From: Alphaproteobacteria bacterium
GTDB taxonomy: Bacteria; Pseudomonadota; Alphaproteobacteria; SP197
Assembly: GCA_965228895.1 (NCBI GenBank)
Contig: OZ245842.1
Coordinates: 2,839,964 to 2,903,963, forward strand
DNA: 64,000 nucleotides
Direction of reading: 5' to 3'
The notes beneath the pieces were generated by a model. It was not told the origin of the DNA. It did not search any database and saw only the letters and a list, made by a program, of their open reading frames with translations. The position numbers and the translations under genes are program-made. Below, piece by piece: positions 1 through 13,197 of this stretch; the first letter of the stretch is position 1, and the number at the start of each line of letters is the position of its first letter.

Positions 1-242
1 GTCCGGTGCAAAGTCTCTGACCGCGCGGCCATAAGCCAAACGCGACGCCAGGTCGAACGGTCCGCCGAAACGCAGGCCGACGGTTTCGACACCGGCGAGG
101 TTGAGGGCTTCCTGCCGCACATCGTGGCGGCGGATGATCGCCCGCTGCTCGACGCCGGCGTCCGCCAGGGCAGGCACCAACCGCATGAAGAAGGCTTCGG
201 CGCCGCCGACCTCCGCGCCCGCCATGGCTTGGACGAGACGCA
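1..242 (-). CDS. Glycosyltransferase (GT4-like), N-terminal part only; the gene runs off the window start
   Basis: My own translation of the minus strand from the ATG at 242-240 gives MRLVQAMAGAEVGGAEAFFMRLVPALADAGVEQRAIIRRHD..., a typical GT4 N-terminus. This ATG overlaps the TGA of the upstream GT2 gene (ATGA-type coupling). It is missing from the ORF track because there is no stop in the window. Confidence 0.55.
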
Positions 243-998
243 TCAGTCGCGCTCCAGCCGCGCCTTCAAATGCGAGATCAGCGGATAGAGACCGGCAAAC
301 AAGGCGTTCAGGAACCCGTATCCGCCTTCCCGGTAACCCCGGCGCATGACGTAGCACTTGAAGAAGCGGGAGTAGAAACGGCGGATGTTGCCGGCGAGCG
401 TGCCGATATCGCCGCTTTCTCTGAGGTCCCGTGCGCGCGCCTCCGTGTAACGGTCCAGGCGCTGGATCATGTCGGAGATGTTACGGTCGACATAGTGATC
501 AATGCGCTCTTTGAGCCAGCGCTTCTCGCCCTCTAGAGCAAGCGAGGGATGGACACGGTCATCGCCCCAGCGTTTGGCGCCCGGCGAAAACAGACGCACC
601 GCCGCGCTGACGCCCCATGATCCGCCCCAACCGTAACGCACACGGTGTTCGCCGATGTAGTTGTCGAACGGCACGAGGTAGTGGGCAGGCGCGGTGGCGG
701 TTTGGATGACCGACGTGATCTCCTGGGCGAGCGCCGGCGTCACGCGCTCATCGGCGTCGACTTCCACGATCCAATCGCCGGTCGCGGCATCCAGGCCGGT
801 ATTGCGGCGCGGGCCTTCGATCTCCCACGCGCCTTCGATCACCTGGTCGGTATGGCGCCGCGCAATCTCTGCCGAACCGTCGGTGCTGCGGTCGAGCACG
901 ACGACGATCTCGTCGCAGAAGCCGAGACAGGCAAGGCACGCGTCGAGCTGGGCCTCCTCGTTGCGTGCCACGACAACGGCGCTCAGGCGAACGCTCAC
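243..998 (-). CDS. Family 2 glycosyltransferase (LPS/core-type)
   Basis: The ORF 243..1064 carries the GT2 signature: LSAVVVARNEEAQLDACL, VVVLDRSTDGS and a DxD-like EVDADE. The start is uncertain. GTG at 998 avoids the 35-nt overlap with the upstream gene, and the longest ORF starts at 1064. Confidence 0.8.
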   Translation of the reverse strand: MSVRLSAVVVARNEEAQLDACLACLGFCDEIVVVLDRSTDGSAEIARRHTDQVIEGAWEIEGPRRNTGLDAATGDWIVEVDADERVTPALAQEITSVIQTATAPAHYLVPFDNYIGEHRVRYGWGGSWGVSAAVRLFSPGAKRWGDDRVHPSLALEGEKRWLKERIDHYVDRNISDMIQRLDRYTEARARDLRESGDIGTLAGNIRRFYSRFFKCYVMRRGYREGGYGFLNALFAGLYPLISHLKARLERD

Positions 999-1029
999 CG
1001 GCTGTCCGCTGGTGTCGCTGGCCGGCGCA

Positions 1030-2055
1030 TCACGCCGCCATCGCCTCGATCTCGGCGGCGGCATCGTCCCACGTGCGGCCGCGCTGCATCTGGAATGCGT
1101 CCTTGCTGCGCCCGCGGTAGACGATGTCTTCCTTCAGACACAGCACCGCGCAGTTGACGAAGGCCTCGTCGTCGGGTGTCAGGAAACCGCTGCGCCCGTC
1201 GGTGATACGTTCCTGGGCAGCACCCAACCGGCGTGCGACGGCCGGCAGGCCGGTCGCCTGGGATTCGGCAAGCGTCGAGGCATAGACCTCGCGTTCGGTG
1301 CCCGGGTAGAGATGCACGCGGGCGCGGCGGTAGACCTCGGCCATGTCGTGGTCGGCGAGCGGACGCTTCACCTTGACTCCCTGCCCTGCCGCCGCGAGCG
1401 CCTGATCCAGAAGCGGGCGCAGCTCCGCGTCCATCGTCCGCTCCTGGCTGCCGGCGTAAAGCGAGCCGGAATAGATGTGCAGCTCCGATCCCTTGATCAG
1501 CGGTTCGATCTTCTCGGTCCATCGATCGATCAGCCAGTCGAGGTCCATGCGTGGGTGGGTCGTGACAATCGCGCGCGACGGCCAATAGCCGGCCGGCGCT
1601 TCGGATTTGAGATAGGCCGGCGCGACGCCCGGCAGAACCACCTTGGCGCGCTCGTCCGGCCCATCCCAGGTGGCGCGATGGTTCGCTCCCATGAAGATCA
1701 GCGGCGTCGCCGGGTGACGCTCCATAGCAGCCGCCGCGTCGGCGCGTTTCAGGATGCTGGCGGGCGTCACCAGCCACAGCATGCGATGGCGCGCGGCGAC
1801 CGCGTCCAGGAGTTCGGCATGACGCAGCGCGATCAGCAGATCGGCGGTTTCGGGCAGACCGTCATCGATCGGCCGCCAGGCGACATCGGCGCAGGTCACC
1901 GCCTGCTCACACCGGTTATAGACGGTGACCGCGTGGCCGCGGCGCGCCAGCGCTTCGGCCAGATAGACCAGACCTTTTTCGGGTCCGCCCAACGGGTCGT
2001 TGCGCGGGGTATAGCCGTCAAAGGCGAAGGAATCGTCAACGAGAACCACATCCAT
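1030..2055 (-). CDS. Glycosyltransferase (GT1/GT4-like)
   Basis: From the internal ATG at 2055 the product starts MDVVLVDDSFAFDGYTPRNDPLGGPEKGLVYLAEALARRGHAV, a GT-B N-terminal domain. The C-terminal part has an E-x7-E-like region (YPGTEREVYASTLAESQATGLP). It is in line with two other GT genes. Confidence 0.7.
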   Translation of the reverse strand: MDVVLVDDSFAFDGYTPRNDPLGGPEKGLVYLAEALARRGHAVTVYNRCEQAVTCADVAWRPIDDGLPETADLLIALRHAELLDAVAARHRMLWLVTPASILKRADAAAAMERHPATPLIFMGANHRATWDGPDERAKVVLPGVAPAYLKSEAPAGYWPSRAIVTTHPRMDLDWLIDRWTEKIEPLIKGSELHIYSGSLYAGSQERTMDAELRPLLDQALAAAGQGVKVKRPLADHDMAEVYRRARVHLYPGTEREVYASTLAESQATGLPAVARRLGAAQERITDGRSGFLTPDDEAFVNCAVLCLKEDIVYRGRSKDAFQMQRGRTWDDAAAEIEAMAA

Positions 2056-2165
2056 GGCGCGGTTTATAGGGTTTGCGGGCGCGCAAGTCCAAGGCCGACA
2101 AATCCTGGACTTGCCACGGGCGCCCGCTCCGCCCACCTTAGGGGACAGTAAGGAAAAGGACGGCG

Positions 2166-3055
2166 ATGACCGCTATCAAGACAATCGCGCTGCCGGGACG
2201 CGGCGTCCTGGGCGTCACAGGCCCCGAAGCCACGGCCTTTCTGCAGGGTCTGATCACCAACGATATCGAGCTGGTCAACCCGGCGCGCGCCATCTATGCG
2301 GCGCTGTTGACGCCCCAGGGCAAGTTCCTGTTCGACTTCCTGATCGCCGATGACGGCGACGGCGGCTACCTGCTGGAGACCGACCGCGAACGCCTCGCCG
2401 ATCTTGCCAAGCGGCTGACGTTTTACAAGCTGCGCAGCCAGGTCGACATTACCGACAGGTGCGACGACCTCACCGTCTCAGCCCTGATTGGCGACGGCGC
2501 GGCCGCCCGCGCCAAGCTGAACGCCGCCGCCGGCAATGCCTGGCGCTGCGGCACCACGATGATCTATGTCGACCCGCGCCTGGCGATGCTGGGCGTGCGC
2601 ATGATTCACCCGGCGAACGAGGAGCCCGCCATTGCCGGCGACGCCGCCGGCACCGTCGAGGACTACGAGGCGCTCCGCTTGGAGCTTGGTGTGCCGGAAG
2701 CCGGGCGCGATGTGCTGGTCGACAAGTCGTTCATTCTGGAAAGCAACTTCGAGGAATTGAACGCGGTCGATTTCGACAAAGGTTGTTACGTCGGCCAGGA
2801 GTTGACCGCGCGCACGAAACACCGGGGCAAGATCCGCAAGCGACTGTTCCGCATCGACGTCGATGGCGACCTGCCGCCCGCCGGCACGCCGATCATGGCC
2901 GGCGAAGCGGAGATCGGCGAGGTACGGTCGGGCAATGGCCGCACCGGCATCGCGCTCATCCGCACCGACCGTCTGGACGAAGCACGCGACAAGGGCAACG
3001 CCCTGGTCGCCGCCGGCGTCCCGCTCAAACCGGTCAAACCAGATTGGGTAAGTTT

Positions 3056-3059
<4 letters not shown>
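2166..3059 (+). CDS. ygfZ: YgfZ/CAF17-family folate-binding protein (Fe-S cluster related)
   Basis: The product is 297 aa and contains the family signature KGCYVGQELTARTKHRG plus a GcvT-like fold region. Confidence 0.8.
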
Positions 3060-5707
<2,648 letters not shown>

Positions 5708-5711
5708 GCCG

Positions 5712-7808
5712 TTAACCTTCGATCCTGGAGAAGTCGGCCACACGGTCGAGCGCATGGCGAATACCTGATAGCAGACGCAGGCGGTTTTGACGCAAGCCAG
5801 CGTCGTCGCAATTGACAGTCACCTCATCAAAAAACGCATCGACCGGTGCGCGAAGACCGGAAAGCGCCGCCATGGCATCGGCGAAACGTTCTTCGTTCAG
5901 GGCCTCATCAGCCTGACTTGCGGCCTCCGCGAGCCCGGCGACAACGGCCTTTTCTTCGTCCTCTTCAAGCGCGCTCGTGTCGACGTTGCCATCATAGACG
6001 ACGCCGTCCTTCTTTTCCTCGATCTTCACGATGTTGCCGGCACGCCGATAGGCGGTCAGCAGGTTGGCGCCGTCCTCGCTCGCCAGGAACGCGCCCAACG
6101 CTTCGACCTTGGCGAGCAGGCGCACCAGATCGTCTTCACCGCTTTGTGCAAACACCGCATCAATGAGGTCGTGACGCACGCCCTCGCCGCGCAGATGCAC
6201 CTTCAACCGGTCGGCGATGAAGGCGAGTAGCTCGACGTTCTGCGTTATGACACCTTTGTCACGTCCCGGCCAACTGACCATCCCGCGCCCGTCGGGTTTG
6301 TACAGTTCGACCGCCAATTCAAAAGCGTCCATCAATCCAACTCGTAGTCCGTTTTCCACGACAAGTCGGATTAGACCAAGCGCAGCGCGCCGCAGGGCGA
6401 AGGGATCTTTCGAACCAGTTGGTTTCTCTTGGATCAAGAAAAACCCTACCAGCGTATCGATCTTATCCGCCAATGCGACGGCCACGCTTTCCGGTGCGCT
6501 GGGGCAAACATCGCCCGGCCCTTGAGGCGCATAGTGTTCGGCGATGGCCAAGGCGACGGCGTCATCCTCGCCGTCATGGCGGGCGTAGTAGGACCCCATC
6601 AGGCCTTGAAGATCGGGGAACTCGCCGACCATCTCGGTGGTCAGGTCGGCTTTGGCGAGGTTTGCGGCGCGGGCGGCCTTCTCGGCATCGCAATCCGGAA
6701 TCGCCTCGGCCAGCCGTCGCGCGAGCTTGATGAGGCGCGTTGTCTTGTTCGCGACCGTACCAAGCTTGGCGTGAAACACCACGGCACCCAGATCGTCGAC
6801 GCGATCTGCAAGCTCCCGCTTGCGGTCCTGATCCCAGAAATGACGGGCGTCTGCGAGGCGCGCGTTCAGCACCCGCTCGTTGCCGCCGGTGACCGTCTTG
6901 CCGTCGTCGAGGCCCGGCGCGTTGGCGGCAAAGATGAAACGCGGCGCGAGCTTTCCCTGCCTGTCGCGCACCGGCAGATAGCGTTGGTGGGAGGTCATGG
7001 AGCTGACCAGGACTTCCGGCGGCACTTCCATGAAGGCATCGTCGAAGGAGCCCATCAGCACGACCGGCCACTCGACCAGGCCGGCGATCTCGTCGAATAG
7101 GCCCTTCGGCGCGTCGACGGCAAGGCCGGCCTCTGTCGCCAGACGCGCCGCGCCCTCTTCGACCAACGCGCGCCGCTCGCCGCCTTCGAGCACGACCTTG
7201 GCCTCGCGCAGTTTCGTCTCATAGTCGGCGAACCCCGATACCGAAAACGCGCCGGGCGCCAGGAACCGATGCCCCTCGGTCTCGTCGCCCGATGTCACGG
7301 GACCGAAGGCGAACGGCACGACGGCGCCGTCGAACAGGGCGGTGATGCGGTGCATGGGCCGGACCCAGCGTTCGTCATGATCGCCCCAGCGCATGGATTT
7401 CGGCCACGGCAGCGCGGCCATGGTGGCGGGCAGGATCTCGGCCAGCACCTCGCCGGTCGCCCGGCCCTGACGTTCGACCACGGCGAACCAGCAGGGACCC
7501 TTGTCAGTATCGCGTTCGACGAGGTCGCCGGCGGCAATCCCGGCGGAGCGCGCAAACCCTTCGACCGCCTTGTCCGGTGCGCCGACCTTCGGGCCCTTAC
7601 GCTCTTCCTTCAGGTCTGGCTGGCTCGCTGCCAGACCGTCGATCACGAGGGTCAGCCGGCGTGGCGTGGCGAAATGGCGCGCGGGCTCGTGCTCAAGCCG
7701 CGCCTCGCCAAGCGCCTTGGTAACAAGGTCCGCAAGATCGCCCGCGGCGCGTTCCTGCATGCGCGCGGGGATCTCCTCGGAGAAGATTTCAAACAGAAGC
7801 TCAGCCAT
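5712..7808 (-). CDS. glyS: Glycine--tRNA ligase beta subunit
   Basis: The product is 698 aa. The N-terminus [18 protein letters not shown] is classic GlyS. The start overlaps the glyQ stop. Confidence 0.95.
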   Translation of the reverse strand: MAELLFEIFSEEIPARMQERAAGDLADLVTKALGEARLEHEPARHFATPRRLTLVIDGLAASQPDLKEERKGPKVGAPDKAVEGFARSAGIAAGDLVERDTDKGPCWFAVVERQGRATGEVLAEILPATMAALPWPKSMRWGDHDERWVRPMHRITALFDGAVVPFAFGPVTSGDETEGHRFLAPGAFSVSGFADYETKLREAKVVLEGGERRALVEEGAARLATEAGLAVDAPKGLFDEIAGLVEWPVVLMGSFDDAFMEVPPEVLVSSMTSHQRYLPVRDRQGKLAPRFIFAANAPGLDDGKTVTGGNERVLNARLADARHFWDQDRKRELADRVDDLGAVVFHAKLGTVANKTTRLIKLARRLAEAIPDCDAEKAARAANLAKADLTTEMVGEFPDLQGLMGSYYARHDGEDDAVALAIAEHYAPQGPGDVCPSAPESVAVALADKIDTLVGFFLIQEKPTGSKDPFALRRAALGLIRLVVENGLRVGLMDAFELAVELYKPDGRGMVSWPGRDKGVITQNVELLAFIADRLKVHLRGEGVRHDLIDAVFAQSGEDDLVRLLAKVEALGAFLASEDGANLLTAYRRAGNIVKIEEKKDGVVYDGNVDTSALEEDEEKAVVAGLAEAASQADEALNEERFADAMAALSGLRAPVDAFFDEVTVNCDDAGLRQNRLRLLSGIRHALDRVADFSRIEG

Positions 7809-8694
7809 CGGCGGCCTCGTCGAGATGGCCGCGGCTGGTCAACCACTCGGTGGCGCAGGCGCGGCTCAGCGCCCGCACCCGGCCGATATAGGCAGCGCGC
7901 TCGGTGACCGAGATGACGCCGCGCGCATCCAACAGATTGAAGGTGTGGCTGGCCTTGATGCACTGGTCATAAGCAGGCAGCGGCAGATGCGCTTCGACCA
8001 GCGCGTGACACGCCTTTTCCGCGTCCTCGAAATGGCGCGTCAGCGTCTCGGTATCCGCGTATTCAAAGTTGAAGGCGGAGTATTCCTTTTCAGCCTGCAG
8101 GTAGACGTCGCCATAGCTGACGCCGGCGCCGTTCCAGTCGAGATCGTAGACGTTGTCGACGCCCTGCAGATACATGGCGAGCCGCTCGAGGCCATAGGTC
8201 GCTTCACCCGGCACCGGTCGGCAGTCATAGCCGCCGACCTGCTGGAAATAGGTGAACTGGGTGACCTCCATGCCGTCGCACCAGACTTCCCAGCCGAGCC
8301 CCCACGCGCCCAGCGTCGGACTTTCCCAGTCGTCCTCGACAAAGCGGATATCGTGCGCCAGGGGATCGATGCCGATGGCCTTCAGGCTCTCCAGGTAGAT
8401 GTCCTGGAAGTTGTCGGGCGACGGCTTCATCAGCACCTGGAACTGGTAATAGTGCTGGAGGCGGTTGGGGTTCTCGCCATAGCGACCGTCGGTCGGCCGT
8501 CTGGACGGCTGGACATAGGCGACGTTCCAGGGCTCCGGCCCCAGGCTGCGCAAGGTCGTCGCCCAGTGGAAGGTGCCGGCGCCAACCTCCATGTCATAGG
8601 GCTGCAGGATGACGCAGCCCTGCCCGGCCCAGAACTCCTGAAGCCTTAGAATGAGCTGTTGAAACGGGAGGGCGGACCCGTTGGGCGCGGTCAT
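7801..8694 (-). CDS. glyQ: Glycine--tRNA ligase alpha subunit
   Basis: The product is 297 aa and contains [33 protein letters not shown], which is highly characteristic of GlyQ. Confidence 0.95.
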   Translation of the reverse strand: MTAPNGSALPFQQLILRLQEFWAGQGCVILQPYDMEVGAGTFHWATTLRSLGPEPWNVAYVQPSRRPTDGRYGENPNRLQHYYQFQVLMKPSPDNFQDIYLESLKAIGIDPLAHDIRFVEDDWESPTLGAWGLGWEVWCDGMEVTQFTYFQQVGGYDCRPVPGEATYGLERLAMYLQGVDNVYDLDWNGAGVSYGDVYLQAEKEYSAFNFEYADTETLTRHFEDAEKACHALVEAHLPLPAYDQCIKASHTFNLLDARGVISVTERAAYIGRVRALSRACATEWLTSRGHLDEAADG

Positions 8695-8791
8695 CTCGAA
8701 CCGTCTCCGTGAATGTCGTGGGGCATGGCCGCGTGCGGTTCGCCCAACCGGCTGAAATCGCGGCGCAACTTAGGAGTCAGGCCGGGCCGGG

Positions 8792-9079
8792 TCAAGCGGC
8801 GGGCGGCTTCTGACACGTGTGTTTGGTGTCGCCGACCGGCACGTAGGCGCCGCAATGCGGGCACGCCGCCAACTCAACCTCGCTGGCCGCCGAACGGCTG
8901 GCCCCCGGCGCGTCGACCCTGTCACGACGGCCAAATCGGCTGAACCAGGACGAGCGCACCCGTCCGGCCTGCCGCTCCTCAGCCTTGCGTTTCTTGTCCA
9001 TGTTGCTGACCAGCCGGAAACCGAGCCAAAGCGCGGCGATGATGATCGCGAAGACAATCAGCTTCTGGATTGAGAACAT
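8792..9079 (-). CDS. Small membrane protein with a C-terminal Cys/His zinc-ribbon-like motif
   Basis: MFSIQKLIVFAIIIAALWLGFRLV forms one TM helix. A basic linker follows, then CPHCGAYVPVGDTKHTC. I do not recognise the family. Confidence 0.4.
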   Translation of the reverse strand: MFSIQKLIVFAIIIAALWLGFRLVSNMDKKRKAEERQAGRVRSSWFSRFGRRDRVDAPGASRSAASEVELAACPHCGAYVPVGDTKHTCQKPPAA

Positions 9080-9210
9080 GGCAGGCACTTAAGGCGCAGA
9101 CCCGCGGCGGTCAAGGAATTGCTCGGGCTGCAGAGCGATGGCACCGGCAACCCTGACGTGCCGATCGAAGCACCCTGTGTTACGCCAACGCCTGCTCTCG
9201 GGAGGCAATC

Positions 9211-9678
9211 ATGGCACCAGCGCACAATATTGTTGAGGTGACGGACGACCGCGAAGCCGTCTGCCGGCGCATCCTCGCCGACCTGCCCGATTGGTTTGGC
9301 ATTCCCGAGGCGACAGAAAACTACATCAAGGCCGCCGGCCGCATGCCCATGCTGGGCTGGCGCGATGGCGACGAAATCGCCGGTTTTGTCTCGCTGGATA
9401 GAACCAGCGATGCGACGGTCGACATGCATGTCATCGGCGTCCTTGCCAGCCATCACCGCAAGGGTGTGGGCTGCGCCCTGGTCGATGCCGCAGCCAACTG
9501 GGCGCGTGCCCAAGGCGCGTCGCTGCTCGCCGTCAAGACGCTCGGCGCGAGCTATCCCGACCCGTTCTATGAGCGCACCCGGCTGTTCTATGAGGCCATG
9601 GGTTTTCTGCCGGTCGAGGAGTTCAAGAACCTCTGGGGTCCCGACAACCCCTGCCTGCTGATGATCAAACCACTCTGA
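9211..9678 (+). CDS. GNAT family N-acetyltransferase
   Basis: The product is 155 aa. The acetyl-CoA motif HHRKGVGCALVDAAANWA matches the R/Q-x-x-G-x-G/A pattern. Confidence 0.75.
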   Translation: MAPAHNIVEVTDDREAVCRRILADLPDWFGIPEATENYIKAAGRMPMLGWRDGDEIAGFVSLDRTSDATVDMHVIGVLASHHRKGVGCALVDAAANWARAQGASLLAVKTLGASYPDPFYERTRLFYEAMGFLPVEEFKNLWGPDNPCLLMIKPL

Positions 9679-9694
9679 GGCCGCCGAACCGAGG

Positions 9695-10459
9695 CTAGGT
9701 CCGGGTGATCGAGACGCCACCATCGACCGGGATCGACGCGCCGGTGATGAAGCTCGACGCGTCGGAGGCCAGATGCAGCACGGTCTGCGCGATCTCCTCC
9801 GGCGCCGCCGTGCGTTTGAGCGCGTGCAAGTTTTCGACGAAGGCCAGGCTCTCCGGCGTGTTGGCGACCGAGCGGCCCATCGGCGTATCGGTGCCGCCGG
9901 GCAGGACCGCGTTGACCCGGATACCGTCGCCGCCGTGCTCGACGGCCAGCACCTTGGTGAGGCCGTTGAGGCCCGCCTTGCTGGCCGCATAGGCCGCCAT
10001 CCCCGGCATGCCGACCGTGTATCCGACGAAGGTCGAATTGAAGATCAGCGAGCCGCCGCCGCGCTTGATCATCGCGGGGATCTGATACTTCGCGCCAAGA
10101 AAGGCGCTGGTCAGGTTGGTATCCATGGTGTCGTGCCAACCGGCCAGCGATAGGTCGGCCACATCGCCCATCTCGCCCAAAATGCCCGCGTTGTTGAAGG
10201 CGATATCCAGGCCGCCGAACCGATCCACCGCCGTCGCGACCAGCGTCTCGGCAAGGGCCTCGTCCTTGATGTCGCCGGCGATCGCCACCGCATCTCCGCC
10301 ATCGGCCTCGATCTCGCCGACCAGATCGTCCAGCGCACCCTGCCGCCGACCGGTTACCACGACCTCCGCGCCCTCGTCCGCGAAAAGCCGGGCGGTCGCC
10401 CAACCGATGCCCGAACTGGCGCCCGTTACGATCGCCACCTTGCCTTTCAACATACCCAT
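9695..10459 (-). CDS. SDR family oxidoreductase
   Basis: TGASSGIG is the cofactor motif and YAASKAG is the YxxxK catalytic motif. I chose the ATG at 10459 (MGMLKGKVAIVTG) because an AGGAGG lies 5 nt upstream. The longest ORF runs to 10564. Confidence 0.85.
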   Translation of the reverse strand: MGMLKGKVAIVTGASSGIGWATARLFADEGAEVVVTGRRQGALDDLVGEIEADGGDAVAIAGDIKDEALAETLVATAVDRFGGLDIAFNNAGILGEMGDVADLSLAGWHDTMDTNLTSAFLGAKYQIPAMIKRGGGSLIFNSTFVGYTVGMPGMAAYAASKAGLNGLTKVLAVEHGGDGIRVNAVLPGGTDTPMGRSVANTPESLAFVENLHALKRTAAPEEIAQTVLHLASDASSFITGASIPVDGGVSITRT

Positions 10460-10560
10460 GCCTGCCTCCTGCTCTGTCATGCGTTGTCTCTCTGCCGACA
10501 ACAGATGCAGAGGCGGCAGGCGATCCTCCACCCGGATCTTGCTACGCCCTGGAAGAAACA

Positions 10561-10650
10561 ACATAAAGATAAGATATAAAATTGTTATATAATAATGGTT
10601 TATAGTTATATTTTAAACTAATTTCTAACCACCTATTCCATCCAGTTTCC
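10561..10650. promoter_or_regulatory. Strongly AT-rich tract upstream of the SDR gene
   Basis: The sequence acataaagataagatataaaattgttatataataatggtttatagttatattttaaactaatttc is very AT-rich in a genome of otherwise about 65% GC. It lies about 100-190 bp upstream of the SDR start and just after the stop of the hydrolase gene. Confidence 0.4.
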
Positions 10651-10670
10651 AACGGCTCGGACGCAACGGC

Positions 10671-11756
10671 CTAGAGCCATCGCTCCAGAAAACGCCGGAC
10701 ATCGGGACCCCAGACGTGGGGGCCGTTGCGCTCGAAGACGTGGCCCTCGTCCTCGGTCAGGCCCCAGGCGGGAAAGACCTTCTGCTCGGTCGTGATGCCG
10801 GCAGCCCGGGCGGCAGCGGCCAGCTCAACCGTCGGCCGGGTCGAATAGTCGGTCTGGGCCTGGATGAAAAAGATTGGACACGAGAGCTTGCCGGTGGCCT
10901 CCAGCATGGTGCGACGCAGACCGGGCGTGTGCTCCCAGTTGATCGCCGCACCGGCGAACTCGACAGCGCAACGAAAACGGTTGGTCTTGGCGGCCGCGAG
11001 CAGCGTCGTCGTGCCGCCGAAACTGCTCCCCATCACGCCAATATGATCGCTTCGTGCGGTGTCGAGGCTGCAGACATGATCCAGCGCAGCCAGCACATCG
11101 TCGCTCTCGCGATCGAGCCGTGGCGCCAGTTGTTCGTCATAGGCGGGGGTTCCAAATTCGGCCGTGACCTCATCCAGCCAGCCCGCGCCCGGCGAATTGC
11201 CGTAACCCGCGCGGTGCGGCAGGAACGACGCGATGCCCCATTGCATCAGCAGCGCCGCGGTACCCGGCCGACAGATGTCGTCGGTTCCCTGATGGATCTG
11301 GCTGCCGTGGTTGGTGATCATGCAGGGGAAAGGGCCCGGGCCCGGCGGGCGATAGAAGTAACCCTTCAGCAGTTCACCTCGACTGGGAAAGCTGTGTTCT
11401 TCCGGCACGATAGGCCAGTCACCCAACACCGTCGCGTGCATCGCCGACGGTGTCACCGGCTCGTCATCATGGCGCTCGAAGAGGCGTTCGAACCGGTCGA
11501 CCAGTGCCGCCATGCGTTGGCGCGCGGCCGTGAACTCAGGGCTGGCGTCACGCCGGTCGAGGTCATCCTGGTGCGCGGTCTCGTCGGCGAAGGCGCAACA
11601 CCAGGCGACGTCCGGGCCGTCGCCGCCATCGTTGATGTGGATGTCACCCGGCGCCAAGCCCATCGCGACCCGCGCCCGGCTGGCCTCGCGGCGAACCGCC
11701 AAGACGTCGCCCGCCTTGCCCGGTTTGGCGTAGTAGTGCGTTCTCTCGACAATCAT
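10671..11756 (-). CDS. Alpha/beta hydrolase (dienelactone hydrolase-like) with an N-terminal ~100-aa extra domain
   Basis: GVMGSSFGG is a GxSxG nucleophile elbow. A DLH-like C-terminal region ends with a histidine (TEDEGHVF). The N-terminal 100 aa looks like a small alpha+beta (ABM/NIPSNAP-like) domain, which is inference. Confidence 0.6.
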   Translation of the reverse strand: MIVERTHYYAKPGKAGDVLAVRREASRARVAMGLAPGDIHINDGGDGPDVAWCCAFADETAHQDDLDRRDASPEFTAARQRMAALVDRFERLFERHDDEPVTPSAMHATVLGDWPIVPEEHSFPSRGELLKGYFYRPPGPGPFPCMITNHGSQIHQGTDDICRPGTAALLMQWGIASFLPHRAGYGNSPGAGWLDEVTAEFGTPAYDEQLAPRLDRESDDVLAALDHVCSLDTARSDHIGVMGSSFGGTTTLLAAAKTNRFRCAVEFAGAAINWEHTPGLRRTMLEATGKLSCPIFFIQAQTDYSTRPTVELAAAARAAGITTEQKVFPAWGLTEDEGHVFERNGPHVWGPDVRRFLERWL

Positions 11757-11854
11757 AAGGTGAGTCGACCTCTACATCGTACAGGGCTACCATCCCGTCC
11801 TGCGACCGGAGTTACAACAACGACCCCCAATAGTCAGCAAAGGAGAGCCATCCG

Positions 11855-13012
11855 ATGGGTCACGTCAACGACATGCTCGAAAAGCGCCGCGAGTTTCTCG
11901 CGGGCAAGATAAACCGGCGCCAATTCAACCAGGCGCTGGCGGCGGTCGGACTGACGACCACCGCATTCCCGATGCACGCGGCGATGGCGCAAAGCGGCGA
12001 ACACCCGACGGTCTTCACATGGTCGGGATACGAGGAAGAAGCCTTCATCGCGAGCTATGTGAACCTGCACGGCACCGCGCCCGACTTCTCGTTCTTCGCC
12101 GACGAGGAAGAAGCCTATGCCAAGTTGCGGTCGGGCTTCCCGGCGGATGTCTTGATGCCGTGCACCTATAAGGTTCCGCCGTGGTACCGGGCCGGCCTCT
12201 TGGCGCCGATCGATACGTCGAGACTCACCCACTGGAACGATATCGTACCGAGCCTGAAGGAAATTCCGGGTACGGTGTTCGACGGTGAGCACTATTTCGT
12301 GCCGCAGGATTTCGGTTTTACCGCCATCACGTTCCGTCACGACCTGGCACCTGAGTATCTGGAGCCTGAGAACGCAAGCTGGGGTTTCCTTTGGGACACC
12401 AACTATGCCGGTCGCTTGGCAATGATCGACAGTCTGATCGACGGTGTCGCCGTCGCGTCAATCTATGGCGGCTACAACCCGTTCGACATGAACGAGCTTG
12501 AGATCGAAGGGACGAAGAAACTCCTGCAGGAACAGCTGCCTCTGCTGCGCTACTACGCAGGCGGTATGTCAGACGTCGAGCAGTCCTTGGCCGCGGGTGA
12601 ACTGGTCGCCTCGGCAACGTGGAACGGCTCGCGCATCCGTCTGACCGAACAGGGCGTTCCCGTCACCTTCATGAAACCGGACCAACCGGCCCTGAACGGT
12701 GAGCCCCAGGGTCCGATGACCTGGGTCTGCGGCATCTGCCTGTCGGCGACCATGGATCCGTCACTCGAACAACAGGCTTATGACGTGATGGACGCCTATA
12801 TGTCGCCGGAAGCCGGTGTCTATGAAGTCACCGAGTGGGCCGCCGGCCACGCCAACAACAGGGTCTATGAAATGATCGATGAGCAGCAGCTGCTCGATTA
12901 TGGCTTGGCGAAAAACCCCGACGAGGTCCTGGCGAAGGGCATCTTCCAGGAAGAAATGAAACAGGAAGCCCGGCTGCAGGAAATGTTCGAAGAAGTCAAA
13001 GCCGGCATGTAA
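11855..13012 (+). CDS. PotD/PotF-like periplasmic solute-binding protein with a Tat-type signal (paralog 1)
   Basis: AAGGAG lies upstream of the ATG. The N-terminus has KRREFLAGKINRRQF...AAMAQ (twin-arginine signal). The body is homologous to the ORFs at 13198 and 37005 (FTWSGYEEE..., LLAPIDTSRL...). Confidence 0.75.
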   Translation: MGHVNDMLEKRREFLAGKINRRQFNQALAAVGLTTTAFPMHAAMAQSGEHPTVFTWSGYEEEAFIASYVNLHGTAPDFSFFADEEEAYAKLRSGFPADVLMPCTYKVPPWYRAGLLAPIDTSRLTHWNDIVPSLKEIPGTVFDGEHYFVPQDFGFTAITFRHDLAPEYLEPENASWGFLWDTNYAGRLAMIDSLIDGVAVASIYGGYNPFDMNELEIEGTKKLLQEQLPLLRYYAGGMSDVEQSLAAGELVASATWNGSRIRLTEQGVPVTFMKPDQPALNGEPQGPMTWVCGICLSATMDPSLEQQAYDVMDAYMSPEAGVYEVTEWAAGHANNRVYEMIDEQQLLDYGLAKNPDEVLAKGIFQEEMKQEARLQEMFEEVKAGM

Positions 13013-13036
13013 CCGACTTTCTTATCGACGATTTGC

Positions 13037-13071
13037 GGCGCCGGGGCCTTGTGCCCCGGCGCCATTTTTTT
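13037..13071 (+). terminator. Rho-independent terminator after SBP paralog 1
   Basis: The stem ggcgccggggc / gccccggcgcc has a 5-nt loop and is followed by a T7 run. Confidence 0.8.
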
Positions 13072-13197
13072 GCCACCGTGAGAAGTCTTCTTTATGGCTA
13101 CTTGTTGACCTTGATCCTGCCAGGCGCAATGATCCGGGCTGAGGGGATCGGTTTGCACTAACACATAAGCGTACAAAACGCTTAGGGAGACGATTGA

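Noticed and set aside
694-2151. 485-aa plus-strand ORF antisense to the glycosyltransferase genes.
   Set aside because: It is an Arg/Ala-rich high-GC antisense artefact. The opposite strand carries clear GT motifs.
10716-11912. 398-aa plus-strand ORF antisense to the hydrolase gene, running into the SBP start.
   Set aside because: It has no recognisable domain. The minus-strand product has a GxSxG hydrolase core. The ORF would also overlap the well-supported SBP start with its AAGGAG RBS.
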